Assembly (NCBI GenBank): GCA_964640995.1
Contig: CAZXJJ010000006.1
Location: forward strand, 1,964 to 65,963
Direction of reading: 5' to 3'
Length of the DNA: 64,000 nucleotides
Origin: an uncultured Caldisericota bacterium
GTDB lineage: Bacteria; Caldisericota; Caldisericia; B22-G15
In this document: positions 37,670-46,708 of the stretch, one piece after another
How positions within the stretch are numbered: position 1 is the stretch's first letter
Layout: the number at the start of each line of letters is the position of its first letter
The notes under the pieces: generated by a model
The model's input: only the letters and a program-made list of their open reading frames with translations
Told to the model about the DNA's origin: nothing
Database searches by the model: none
Position numbers and translations under genes: made by a program

Positions 37670-39659
37670 TAGAGAAGAAATAATAATTAAAACTCTATTA
37701 ACCTTAATATTTTTCTCTTTTCTTTTTTATTCTTTTTTACCTCCTTACATATTTGTTAGAAAGGGCACAAAACTTACAAAAGATTTAATTTCACCAAAAA
37801 ATTTAGAAATTATTGATGAAGAGGAGACAAAAAAACAAATAGAATTGGCTTTAGAGAATGTTCCTATTTATTATGAATATAATCCTGAAATTGATAAAGA
37901 AGTAATAGATAATGTCAAAAAAATAATAGATTTTCTTGAAAATTATAGAAACAATCAAAATAATGCACTTGAAACAATTTTCGAAAATTATGGAATAACA
38001 TTTGATATTGATGTTATAAAAGAGATTAAGACAATGTCAAATTCAAAGTTTTTAAAATTTAAAAATAATTTTATTGAAATAACATCAATAGTTATTCAAA
38101 GTGGAATAAAAGAAAATGATTTAGAAAATATAGATAAAAAATTCAATATTTTAATACAAGATAAAGAATTATCAGTTAATGAAAAGAAGGTAATTTTTAT
38201 AATTCTAAAAAGTATTTTAAAACCAAATTTAATTGTAAATTTAGAATTAACAAACAAAAAAAGAGAAGAAGTCATTAAAAATATTAAACCAGTTGTGAAA
38301 ACAATTAAAAAAGGAGATACAATATTTCCTAAAGGAACCATAATAGGAGAAGATGAAATAAAAGTTTTAAGAGATTATAATCTTCTTTTTACAACTAAGG
38401 ATCTCTTAGTAATTATTTTTATATTATTTTTATCAGTTGTACTAACTTTTATCATTTATAACATTTTAAATTTAACTAAAACTTTTGTGATTAAAGAAAA
38501 AATTTTTATAATTTTAATTCTTTTTTTATCTTGTCTATTTGGAAAAATTATTAAAAATGTAACTATTTTACCTATTTTTCTTGTTTCTAACTTAACCATT
38601 TTGTTTTTTGATATTTTGACATCAATAACAATTCTAATACCATTAAATATTTTTTATTCAATAAATTTTAGCGACAAATTTGTTTTGATTTTTTTAATTT
38701 CATTTGTTTCGATATTTTTTTCTTTGAAAACTAAAAAAATAATTAATATATCAGACTATTTAAAAATTGGGTCTTATGTAAGTTTAACATACTTTATAAT
38801 TTATGTTTCCTATGAATTAATAAATAGAAATTTTAATTTAACAAGTTATTTATTAAATTCAGTATATATAATTTTGAATCCAATAGTATCAATTCTTATT
38901 TTATTAATTTTTGTGCCATATTTAGAAAAAATTTTATCAATACCTACTCCAGTAGGTCTTGTTGAACTTTTAAATATAAATAATCCTGTATTAAAAGAAT
39001 TTATTACAAGAGCACCAGGAAGTTATCAACACTCTCTTAATGTAAGTACTCTAGCTCAAGTTGCAGCAGATTCTATTGGAGAGGATCCTCTCCTTGCTAA
39101 GGTTTGTGCTTATTATCATGATATTGGGAAGATGGAGAGACCTGATTTTTTTATTGAAAATAATCCACAATTTAATCCTCATGATTCAATTTCTCCATCT
39201 TTATCTGCACTTATTATTATCTCTCATGTTAAAGAAGGTGTGGAACTTGCAAAAAAATATAATTTGCCAAAAATCGTTGTTGATGCAATTAAAGAACATC
39301 ATGGAACTACTTTTGTAACTTACTTTTATTCTAAAGCAAAACAAATTAACCCTCAAATTGATGAATCAATATTTAGATATCCAGGACCAATTCCCTCATC
39401 AAAAATTTCTGGAATTATTATGCTTGCAGATGCTGTTGAAGCATCTGTAAGGGGAGAAAAAATTGAAAGTGAAAACTTTTCAGATTTTGTTAATGATGTT
39501 ATAGATTCAAAAATTTCTGATGGTCAACTTGATAACTCAAATTTATCTTTCAAAGATATTTTAAAGATAAAGGATTCATTTATAAAAACTCTAACATCTA
39601 TGTATCATGAGAGGATAAGTTATGTCTTCAAAGATAGAGATATTCGAGAAAAAAAGTAA
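37617..39659 (+). CDS. 7TM-receptor HD-hydrolase protein (PgpH/YqfF-like)
   Basis: TTG start. Extracellular domain, 7 TM helices, and a C-terminal HD domain (..HSLNVSTLAQVAADSIGEDPLLAKVCAYYHDIGKMERP.., ..HHGTTFVTYFY..). Follows phoH as yqfF does in B. subtilis. Confidence 0.8.
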   Translation: MKHMKILKNIRKINLKINREEIIIKTLLTLIFFSFLFYSFLPPYIFVRKGTKLTKDLISPKNLEIIDEEETKKQIELALENVPIYYEYNPEIDKEVIDNVKKIIDFLENYRNNQNNALETIFENYGITFDIDVIKEIKTMSNSKFLKFKNNFIEITSIVIQSGIKENDLENIDKKFNILIQDKELSVNEKKVIFIILKSILKPNLIVNLELTNKKREEVIKNIKPVVKTIKKGDTIFPKGTIIGEDEIKVLRDYNLLFTTKDLLVIIFILFLSVVLTFIIYNILNLTKTFVIKEKIFIILILFLSCLFGKIIKNVTILPIFLVSNLTILFFDILTSITILIPLNIFYSINFSDKFVLIFLISFVSIFFSLKTKKIINISDYLKIGSYVSLTYFIIYVSYELINRNFNLTSYLLNSVYIILNPIVSILILLIFVPYLEKILSIPTPVGLVELLNINNPVLKEFITRAPGSYQHSLNVSTLAQVAADSIGEDPLLAKVCAYYHDIGKMERPDFFIENNPQFNPHDSISPSLSALIIISHVKEGVELAKKYNLPKIVVDAIKEHHGTTFVTYFYSKAKQINPQIDESIFRYPGPIPSSKISGIIMLADAVEASVRGEKIESENFSDFVNDVIDSKISDGQLDNSNLSFKDILKIKDSFIKTLTSMYHERISYVFKDRDIREKK

Positions 39660-40023
39660 AATACCGATTGATAAGAAATTTTTAAAAAGATTAACTGAAG
39701 AGATTGTTAAAAAAGAAGGATATAAAAATTTTGAGATATCCCTTGCTTATTTGGATAAAGAAGACTTGAGAGAATTGAACAGAAAATATAGAAATTTAGA
39801 TAGATCAACTAATGTATTATCATTTTTATATGAAAAATCTCCCTATCTTAAAGGTGAGATTATGATTTCAAAATATAGTATTGAAAAAAAGAATGAGAAT
39901 TTCTTGAAACTCTATATTCATGGCCTTCTACATCTTTTAGGTTTTGACCATATGAATAAAAAAGATAGAGAAATTATGAGAAAAAAAGAAGAAGAATATT
40001 TCAAATATTACAATGAAAAGTAG
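39622..40023 (+). CDS. ybeY: Endoribonuclease YbeY
   Basis: C-terminal metal-binding motif HGLLHLLGFDH. Position phoH-pgpH-ybeY-dgkA. Overlaps the upstream gene by 38 nt. Confidence 0.85.
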   Translation: MSSKIEIFEKKSKIPIDKKFLKRLTEEIVKKEGYKNFEISLAYLDKEDLRELNRKYRNLDRSTNVLSFLYEKSPYLKGEIMISKYSIEKKNENFLKLYIHGLLHLLGFDHMNKKDREIMRKKEEEYFKYYNEK

Positions 40024-40465
40024 AAACCTAATTGATAGTTTTAAAAATGCTTTTAGAGGTTTAAAGATCACTTATTTAAGAGAAAGAAACTTTAGAATTC
40101 AAATATCATTAGCAATACTAGCTGTATATTTCTCAATCAAATTTAAAATTGAAAAAATTTATTTTTTCTTTGTACTTATTGCAATTTTCCTAGTCCTTTA
40201 CTCAGAACTGATAAATAGTGCTCTTGAGATTTTGTGTGATAAATTAGAAAAAAATTATGATGAGAGAATAAAAAACATGAAAGATGCATTTGCAGGAGGT
40301 GTTTTACTATTTTCTATATTTTCAGTAATTTTAGGAATAATCATTTTTATAAGTTATATTAAAAATTTAGACTTTTTTTCAATTATATTCTCTATAATAG
40401 TTCTATTAATTCCGCTCTTTATCAAAAACAAGAATGATATAATTAAAAAAAGAGGTGATGAATAG
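40013..40465 (+). CDS. dgkA: Diacylglycerol kinase / undecaprenol kinase family (DgkA)
   Basis: About 150-aa three-helix membrane protein, ..FKNAFRGLKITYLRERNFRIQ...ELINSALE..; follows ybeY. Confidence 0.8.
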   Translation: MKSRNLIDSFKNAFRGLKITYLRERNFRIQISLAILAVYFSIKFKIEKIYFFFVLIAIFLVLYSELINSALEILCDKLEKNYDERIKNMKDAFAGGVLLFSIFSVILGIIIFISYIKNLDFFSIIFSIIVLLIPLFIKNKNDIIKKRGDE

Positions 40466-41749
40466 TTGGGAAGTATAGATTTAGTTAATAACTTAATTAT
40501 TATTTTTATTTTACTCATCATTTCTTATATATTTTCTGCCTCTGAAATATCTTTTATAGGTTCAAATGAAATTAAATTAAGAAAAAAATCAAATGAAGGC
40601 GATAAAAGAGCAAAAAACATTTTAAAATTAAAAGAAAAGCCAGAGGAATTTATAAGTACAATAATAATAGGAAATAATTTCGTGAACATTCTTGCTGCAT
40701 CTATTGCAAATACAATTTTTTTAAAAAATATAAAATATGGTAGTACACTTTTATCCTCTATAGTAATGACAATTATTATAGTAATATTTGCAGAACTTCT
40801 TCCAAAAACAATTTCAACCTATAATCCAGAATCTTACATTTTAAAGGTTCAACCCTTTGTTTTTTTAGTTTCTTATGTTTTAAAACCATTCTCAATTATT
40901 ACAAACTCAATAATAAATTTAATTTTGAAAATATTTGGTAAAAATCTTAAAAAAAGCAGAAATTTTGATGAAGAAGAATTAAGAATATTTTTATCAATGA
41001 GTAGTGAAAATGGAACAATTGAAGAAGAGGAGAAGGAATTAATTGAAAGTATTATTGAATTTCAAGATAAACCAGTATATGAAGTAATGATTCCAAGAGT
41101 AGATGTTACAATTTTACCTGTTGATTCAAAAATAGAAGAGATTATAGAGACAATAAATAAAACTGGTCATTCGAGAATACCAATATATGAAAATAATATA
41201 GATAATATTATTGGTGTTTTACATGCTAAAGATCTTTTGAAAGTTGCTTTTAATAAGAAAGATATAAATATAAAGGATTTGTTACATCAAACAATTTTTG
41301 TTCCGGATACAAAAAAAACTTCTGAACTTTTCAAGGAAATGCAAAAGAAAAAAATACATATGGCTATAGTTGTAGATGAGTTTGGAGGATTTGAGGGTAT
41401 TGTTACAATGGAAGACCTTTTAGAAGAGATAGTTGGAGAAATTCAAGATGAGTATGATCTTGAGGAGGTTCCATTTAAAAAATTAAATGAAAAGGAGTTT
41501 ATTTTCGATGCAAAGATATCAATTGAAGATGCAGAAGAAATACTTGGTATAGAATTGCCTCATGAAAATTATGAAACACTTGGAGGATTATTTTTGGATT
41601 TACTAGGTCATATTCCAACAAGGGGAGAATTTTGTGATTATAAATCATTAAAATTTATTGCAATTGAGGTAAAAGGTAATAGAATTATTAAAATAAAGGT
41701 TGAGAAAAAGGATGAAACTCAAGAAGAAGTTAATTCAAAAAATGATTGA
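40466..41749 (+). CDS. CNNM/TlyC-family transporter-like protein (DUF21 + tandem CBS + CorC_HlyC domains)
   Basis: N-terminal 4-TM DUF21, CBS pair (..VMIPRVDVTILPVDSKIEEIIETINKTGHSRIPIYE...), C-terminal CorC/HlyC transporter-associated domain. TTG start. Confidence 0.78.
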   Translation: MGSIDLVNNLIIIFILLIISYIFSASEISFIGSNEIKLRKKSNEGDKRAKNILKLKEKPEEFISTIIIGNNFVNILAASIANTIFLKNIKYGSTLLSSIVMTIIIVIFAELLPKTISTYNPESYILKVQPFVFLVSYVLKPFSIITNSIINLILKIFGKNLKKSRNFDEEELRIFLSMSSENGTIEEEEKELIESIIEFQDKPVYEVMIPRVDVTILPVDSKIEEIIETINKTGHSRIPIYENNIDNIIGVLHAKDLLKVAFNKKDINIKDLLHQTIFVPDTKKTSELFKEMQKKKIHMAIVVDEFGGFEGIVTMEDLLEEIVGEIQDEYDLEEVPFKKLNEKEFIFDAKISIEDAEEILGIELPHENYETLGGLFLDLLGHIPTRGEFCDYKSLKFIAIEVKGNRIIKIKVEKKDETQEEVNSKND

Positions 41750-42116
41750 AATTGCAAAAGAAGCAAGCGAAAAAGCATACTCCCCATATTCTAATTACAA
41801 AGTGGGTGCATCTCTTTTAACAAAAAGTGGTAAAATATTTACCGGTTGTAATATAGAGAATGCAAGTTTTGGAGCAACTATTTGTGCAGAAAGAGTCGCT
41901 ATTTTTAAGGCAATTTCTGAAGGAGAAAAAGACTTTGACACTATTGCAATTTATATCAATGATGAGAAACATATACCATCACCATGTGGTATATGTAGAC
42001 AAGTTATGATGGAATTTGCTCCAAATTTAAAACTTGTTCTCTCGAATGGATATGAATATGAAATATACAAATTGGAAGAACTTTTACCTTATCCTTTTTC
42101 AAAAAACTTTCTTTAA
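41712..42116 (+). CDS. cdd: Cytidine deaminase
   Basis: ..AYSPYSNYKVGASLLTKSGKIFTGCNIENASFGATICAERVAIFKA.. and PCGICRQVMMEF (zinc ligands C/H-A-E..PCxxC). Start chosen at MKLKKKL... (41712); the track ORF begins at 41700. Confidence 0.82.
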   Translation: MKLKKKLIQKMIEIAKEASEKAYSPYSNYKVGASLLTKSGKIFTGCNIENASFGATICAERVAIFKAISEGEKDFDTIAIYINDEKHIPSPCGICRQVMMEFAPNLKLVLSNGYEYEIYKLEELLPYPFSKNFL

Positions 42117-42135
42117 TTCATGAGGAGGTATTTTT

Positions 42136-42906
42136 ATGCGAAGAGGTTGGATTGGCGGCAATTGGAAGATGAACAAACTAATGAATGATGCAAAAGAGAC
42201 AATTGTCGCATTAAACAAAAGCGTATCTCTTTTAAGGGGAAGTGATATTGTTATTTTTCCACCTTTTACTTTAATTTATTTTTTAAAGGATTTTTTTGAA
42301 TTGCCTCATATGTATATGGGGGCACAAAATATGCATTGGGAAGAAAGTGGAGCATATACTGGTGAAATTTCACCCACAATGTTAAAAGAACTTGGAGTTG
42401 AATATGTAATAATTGGTCATTCAGAAAGAAGAAAAGTATTTAGTGAAACTGATGAAATGATAAATAAAAAAGTGATATCTGCAATAAAATATGGTTTAAA
42501 AACGGTTCTTTGTTTAGGCGAAACACTAGAAGAGAGAAAGAAAGGTATTGAAAAAGAAGTTGTTGAAAATCAGTTTAAACTTGATTTAAAAAAAATACCT
42601 TTAAGTTCACTGGAAAATATTATTATTGCTTATGAACCAGTTTGGGCTATTGGAACTGGAGTTAATGCTTCACCAAAAGAAGCAAGTGAGATGCATAAAT
42701 TTATAAGGGAGTTGATAGAGAAATATGGTGGTGGAGAAATTGCACAAAAGATTAGAATTGTTTATGGTGGAAGTGTAAGAATTGAAAATGTCGAAGAGTT
42801 AGCAAATGAAGATGAGATAGATGGTTTTCTTGTTGGTGGTGCCTCTTTAAGAGCAGATACATTTTCTAAAATAATTGAAATATTTAATGAGGTAAAAGGA
42901 TTTTGA
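42136..42906 (+). CDS. tpiA: Triosephosphate isomerase
   Basis: ..IGGNWKMNK.., ..GHSERR.., ..AYEPVWAIGTG.., ..GGASL.. Confidence 0.92.
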   Translation: MRRGWIGGNWKMNKLMNDAKETIVALNKSVSLLRGSDIVIFPPFTLIYFLKDFFELPHMYMGAQNMHWEESGAYTGEISPTMLKELGVEYVIIGHSERRKVFSETDEMINKKVISAIKYGLKTVLCLGETLEERKKGIEKEVVENQFKLDLKKIPLSSLENIIIAYEPVWAIGTGVNASPKEASEMHKFIRELIEKYGGGEIAQKIRIVYGGSVRIENVEELANEDEIDGFLVGGASLRADTFSKIIEIFNEVKGF

Positions 42907-42907
42907 T

Positions 42908-43570
42908 ATGACAAAAAAAGAGATAGTTAAATATATAGACCACACACTTTTAAAACCTGATGCAACAATTTTTGATATTAAAAAGTTATGTGATGAAGCA
43001 ATTAAATATAATTTTTTTGCAGTTTGTATTGCACCATCCTTTATAAATTTAGCAAGAGAATTTATAAATGAATATGATATTAAAATTGCAACAGTAGTAG
43101 GATTTCCTTTAGGAAATACATCAACAAAAACAAAAATTTTTGAAGCAAAAGAAGCAGTTAAAAATGGAGCAAATGAAATTGATATGGTTATAAATATTGG
43201 TTTTCTTAAATCTAAAAATTACAAATATGTATTTGATGAAATAAGTGCAGTTAAAAATGAGATAGGCGATATAATTTTAAAAATTATTATAGAAACATCT
43301 CTTCTTTCTCTTGATGAGATAATAATTGCTTCAACAATTGTAAAATCAGCAGGTGCGGATTTTGTAAAAACATCAACTGGTTTTTCTCAAGGTGGAGCAA
43401 CAAAAGAAGATGTTGAATTAATAAGAAGAGTGGTAGGAGAAAATTTTGGAATAAAAGCATCTGGTGGTATTAGAACTTTTGAACAAGCAGTTGATTTAAT
43501 AAAAGCAGGTGCAAATAGAATTGGAACATCATCTTCAGTTAAAATAGTTGAACCAGATGGAAATAGTTAG
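42908..43570 (+). CDS. deoC: Deoxyribose-phosphate aldolase
   Basis: ..IDHTLLKPDAT.., ..VCIAP.., ..VVGFPLG.., ..EIDMVINIG.., Schiff-base ..FVKTSTGF.. Confidence 0.9.
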   Translation: MTKKEIVKYIDHTLLKPDATIFDIKKLCDEAIKYNFFAVCIAPSFINLAREFINEYDIKIATVVGFPLGNTSTKTKIFEAKEAVKNGANEIDMVINIGFLKSKNYKYVFDEISAVKNEIGDIILKIIIETSLLSLDEIIIASTIVKSAGADFVKTSTGFSQGGATKEDVELIRRVVGENFGIKASGGIRTFEQAVDLIKAGANRIGTSSSVKIVEPDGNS

Positions 43571-44279
43571 AGTCAATTCTTTTATTTTAAAAAAATTACC
43601 AATTAAAGAATATGATGCTTTAATTTTTTTGTTTTCTGATTCAATTGGTAAAATAGTTGCGCGAGCAAAAAGTGGATTTAAAAAAGACACTAAATGGTCA
43701 TCTATAATTGAAACTATGAATTTAATTGATACATCTTTGTATAAAAAAAGGGATTATTACTATATGACTGAAACAAAGGTTTTAGATTCATTTATAAATA
43801 TAAAAATGAACCTTAATAAATCTTTTATAGCACTTGAGGTATTAAATTTAATCGATAGAACTCAAGTTGAAAATAATCCCAATTTGAATCTGTTTAATAC
43901 TCTAATTGAATTTTTTAACAATCTTAAAAGTACAGATAACAATTATTCTATTTATGTAAATTTTATTTTCAATTTTATTAAAATAGAGGGAGTGCAATTT
44001 CCATTTGATAGATGCATAAAATGTGGAAAAGAACTAAAAGAAAATTATATTTATGATTTTAATTTCAATGGTTTTGTTTGTGATTTACACAGAACAAGAG
44101 ATTTTTTTGAATTAAATAAAAATCTTTATGAAAAGATTATTAAAATTAATTATGATTTCAATGGAAATATTTTTTTTGAAAGAGAGGAATTAGAAATTAT
44201 TTTCAAAATAATTGCTTCTTTTTTAGAATCGCATTTCTCATATAGAATTAAAAATTTTATAAATGAAATTTTTGTGTAA
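43548..44279 (+). CDS. recO: DNA repair protein RecO
   Basis: N-terminal OB fold (..EYDALIFLFSDSIGKIVARAKSGFKK..) and C-terminal zinc finger C..C.....C..H (CIKCGKEL...FVCDLH). Confidence 0.8.
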   Translation: MNQMEIVRVNSFILKKLPIKEYDALIFLFSDSIGKIVARAKSGFKKDTKWSSIIETMNLIDTSLYKKRDYYYMTETKVLDSFINIKMNLNKSFIALEVLNLIDRTQVENNPNLNLFNTLIEFFNNLKSTDNNYSIYVNFIFNFIKIEGVQFPFDRCIKCGKELKENYIYDFNFNGFVCDLHRTRDFFELNKNLYEKIIKINYDFNGNIFFEREELEIIFKIIASFLESHFSYRIKNFINEIFV

Positions 44280-44316
44280 TTAAATATAATTTATTTATAG
44301 GTTAAAAGGAGGTATT

Positions 44317-44985
44317 ATGATACCTATTTCTGATATAAATCCGAGAAGAAAATTTCCAATAGTGGTTGTTTCTTTAATAGTAATTAATTCTTTAATTTTT
44401 CTATATCAAATTTTATTGAAAAACCCAGTTCCTTTTATTTATAGATGGTCTTTAATTCCTAGAAATCTTTTTAAATTTGGAGGCATTGAATATATAAAAC
44501 TTATAACATCAACTTTTTTACATGGAAATTTTGCACACATAATAGGTAATATGCTTTATTTATGGGTTTTTGGAGACAATGTTGAAAATGAGTTAGGTTC
44601 TATTAAGTTTATATTTTTTTATTTTTTGTGTGGTATCATAGCAGGCTTTTCTCATGCTTTGATCTACTTTAATTCATCAATACCAACTATAGGTGCTTCA
44701 GGAGCAATTGCTGGAGTTTTAGGTGCATATTTTTACCTTTTTCCAAATGCAAGAGTTCTTGCACTTGTACCACTTTTCTGGTATTTTTCTGTAATTCCAG
44801 TGCCTGCAGTGATTTTTCTTGGGTTTTGGTTTATTCTTCAACTGATACCTGGTTTTGCAAGTTTAGGAAATGTGGCCTCTGGTGTTGCTTATTGGGCCCA
44901 TATAGGTGGTTTTATTGCTGGAATAATTCTTATAATATTATTTGGTGGAAAGAGAAAATCAAGATATAGATATTATGAATTTTAA
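44317..44985 (+). CDS. Rhomboid-family intramembrane serine protease
   Basis: ..HGNFAHIIGNMLYLWVFGDNVE.., catalytic ..GASGAIAGVLGAYF.. and ..AHIGGFIAG.. (Ser/His dyad) across 6 TM helices. Confidence 0.88.
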   Translation: MIPISDINPRRKFPIVVVSLIVINSLIFLYQILLKNPVPFIYRWSLIPRNLFKFGGIEYIKLITSTFLHGNFAHIIGNMLYLWVFGDNVENELGSIKFIFFYFLCGIIAGFSHALIYFNSSIPTIGASGAIAGVLGAYFYLFPNARVLALVPLFWYFSVIPVPAVIFLGFWFILQLIPGFASLGNVASGVAYWAHIGGFIAGIILIILFGGKRKSRYRYYEF

Positions 44986-46381
44986 TAAAACAAAAATAAT
45001 TGCAACACTTGGTCCATCATCTGAAAATGAAAAAACAATAAAAGAACTTTTTGAAAGTGGTGTTGATATATTTAGATTAAATTTATCACATGGAGATCAT
45101 TCTTATCATAAAACACTCATCAGTAAGGTAAGAAATATCGATAAAAATATACCAATTCTTTTTGATCTTCAAGGACCTAAATTAAGAATAGGTAAATTTA
45201 AGAACAAAAAAATTTTCTTAAAAAATGGGGATTTATTTACACTAACAACAAAAAATATTTTAGGTGATAAAAATTATGTATCAATATCATATAAAAACTT
45301 GCCTAAATATTTATCAAAAGGAGACACCATTCTTCTTGATGATGGAAGAATAAAACTCAAAGTTTTATCAACTGGCGAAGATTATATAGAAACAAAAGTT
45401 ATTTTTGGTGGGGAATTAAGTGATAATAAAGGTATAAATATTCCAAAAGAAAATTTAGATATCCCTTCTTTAACTGATAAAGACAAAGAAGATATTAAGT
45501 TTGGAATAAAAGAAAGAATAGATTATATTGCTTTATCTTTTGTTAAAAATGAAAATGACGTTTTAATCTTGAAAGATTTTCTATTAAAACATGGATATTT
45601 AATTCCAATTATTGCAAAAATTGAAAAGAGTGATGCGATAAAAAATATAGAAAAAATAATAGATGTCTCTGATGGTGTTATGGTTGCAAGAGGTGATCTT
45701 GGAATTGAAATTAATCTTGAAGAAGTTGCTTTGCTTCAAAAAAAGATATTGAATAAAACTTTGTTTTCAGAAAAATTCTCAATAACTGCAACTCAAATTC
45801 TTGATTCAATGGTTGAAAGACCATATCCCACAAGAGCAGAGGTCTCTGATATAACAAATGCTATTTTTGATGGTTCTGATGCCTTAATGTTGTCACAAGA
45901 GACAGCAGCAGGAAAATATCCTGTTGAGGTCATTAAATTTTTAAATAAAGTTGCTAAAAAGGTAGAAAGAGAACTTCCCTACGAAACATGGTTATTATCA
46001 ATGGAATTTTATATAAAAAATGACCCCCTTTTATCAATATGCTATTCAGCAGTATTATTAACTTTAAAGACTAAAGCAAAAGCGATTGTAGTAACAACAG
46101 AAACTGGAAAAACTGCAATAAATATTTCAAGATTTAGACCAAATGTTCCTATTATTGCTCTTACTCCAAATGAAAGTGTTCTTAAAAAAGTCAAAATTTA
46201 TTGGGGTATAATTCCTATTTTAGTTAATAAATTTATAAGCGAAAGTGATATAATTGAAACAATAGAAAGAGAGGCTAAAAGTATAAATATATTAAAGAAG
46301 GGTGATTTTTATGTATCTGTTTCAGGAGTTATACCTGGTATACCTGGTGGAACAAATATGATTAAACTCAATAAGGTGTAG
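44975..46381 (+). CDS. pyk: Pyruvate kinase
   Basis: MNFNKTKIIATLGPSSENEKTIKELFESGVDIFRLNLSHGDH..., ..MVARGDLGIEI... The start at the internal Met overlaps the rhomboid end by 11 nt; the track ORF begins at 44942. Confidence 0.9.
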   Translation: MNFNKTKIIATLGPSSENEKTIKELFESGVDIFRLNLSHGDHSYHKTLISKVRNIDKNIPILFDLQGPKLRIGKFKNKKIFLKNGDLFTLTTKNILGDKNYVSISYKNLPKYLSKGDTILLDDGRIKLKVLSTGEDYIETKVIFGGELSDNKGINIPKENLDIPSLTDKDKEDIKFGIKERIDYIALSFVKNENDVLILKDFLLKHGYLIPIIAKIEKSDAIKNIEKIIDVSDGVMVARGDLGIEINLEEVALLQKKILNKTLFSEKFSITATQILDSMVERPYPTRAEVSDITNAIFDGSDALMLSQETAAGKYPVEVIKFLNKVAKKVERELPYETWLLSMEFYIKNDPLLSICYSAVLLTLKTKAKAIVVTTETGKTAINISRFRPNVPIIALTPNESVLKKVKIYWGIIPILVNKFISESDIIETIEREAKSINILKKGDFYVSVSGVIPGIPGGTNMIKLNKV

Positions 46382-46383
46382 AA

Positions 46384-46680
46384 ATGGAAAACAAATTGAT
46401 AAACAAAAGAAAGGAACTTGAAACAACTATATTAATTTTATTTATATTAATATTTATTTACATATTTACATTTCCTCTAATAAGGTTTTTTAAATTGAAA
46501 ATAGAGATTAAAAATTTACAGAGCGAAATTTTAATTTATAAAAATAAAATTGAAGAGATAAAAAAGAAAATTGAATTTATAAAAAGTGATGAAGGAATAG
46601 AAAGATGGGTTAAAGAAAATTTTAAATTAACAAGAGATGGAGAAAAAATTTACATATTTAAAGAGAGAAAAGTTGACTGA
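46384..46680 (+). CDS. Septum formation initiator family protein (FtsB/DivIC-like)
   Basis: Single TM helix, coiled coil (..LQSEILIYKNKIEEIKKKIEFIK..) and C-terminal ..EGIERWVKENFKLTRDGEKIYIFKE, resembling the DivIC/FtsB C-motif. Confidence 0.6.
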   Translation: MENKLINKRKELETTILILFILIFIYIFTFPLIRFFKLKIEIKNLQSEILIYKNKIEEIKKKIEFIKSDEGIERWVKENFKLTRDGEKIYIFKERKVD

Positions 46681-46708
46681 AATTTAAAAAATTAATATAA
46701 TATTCAAA

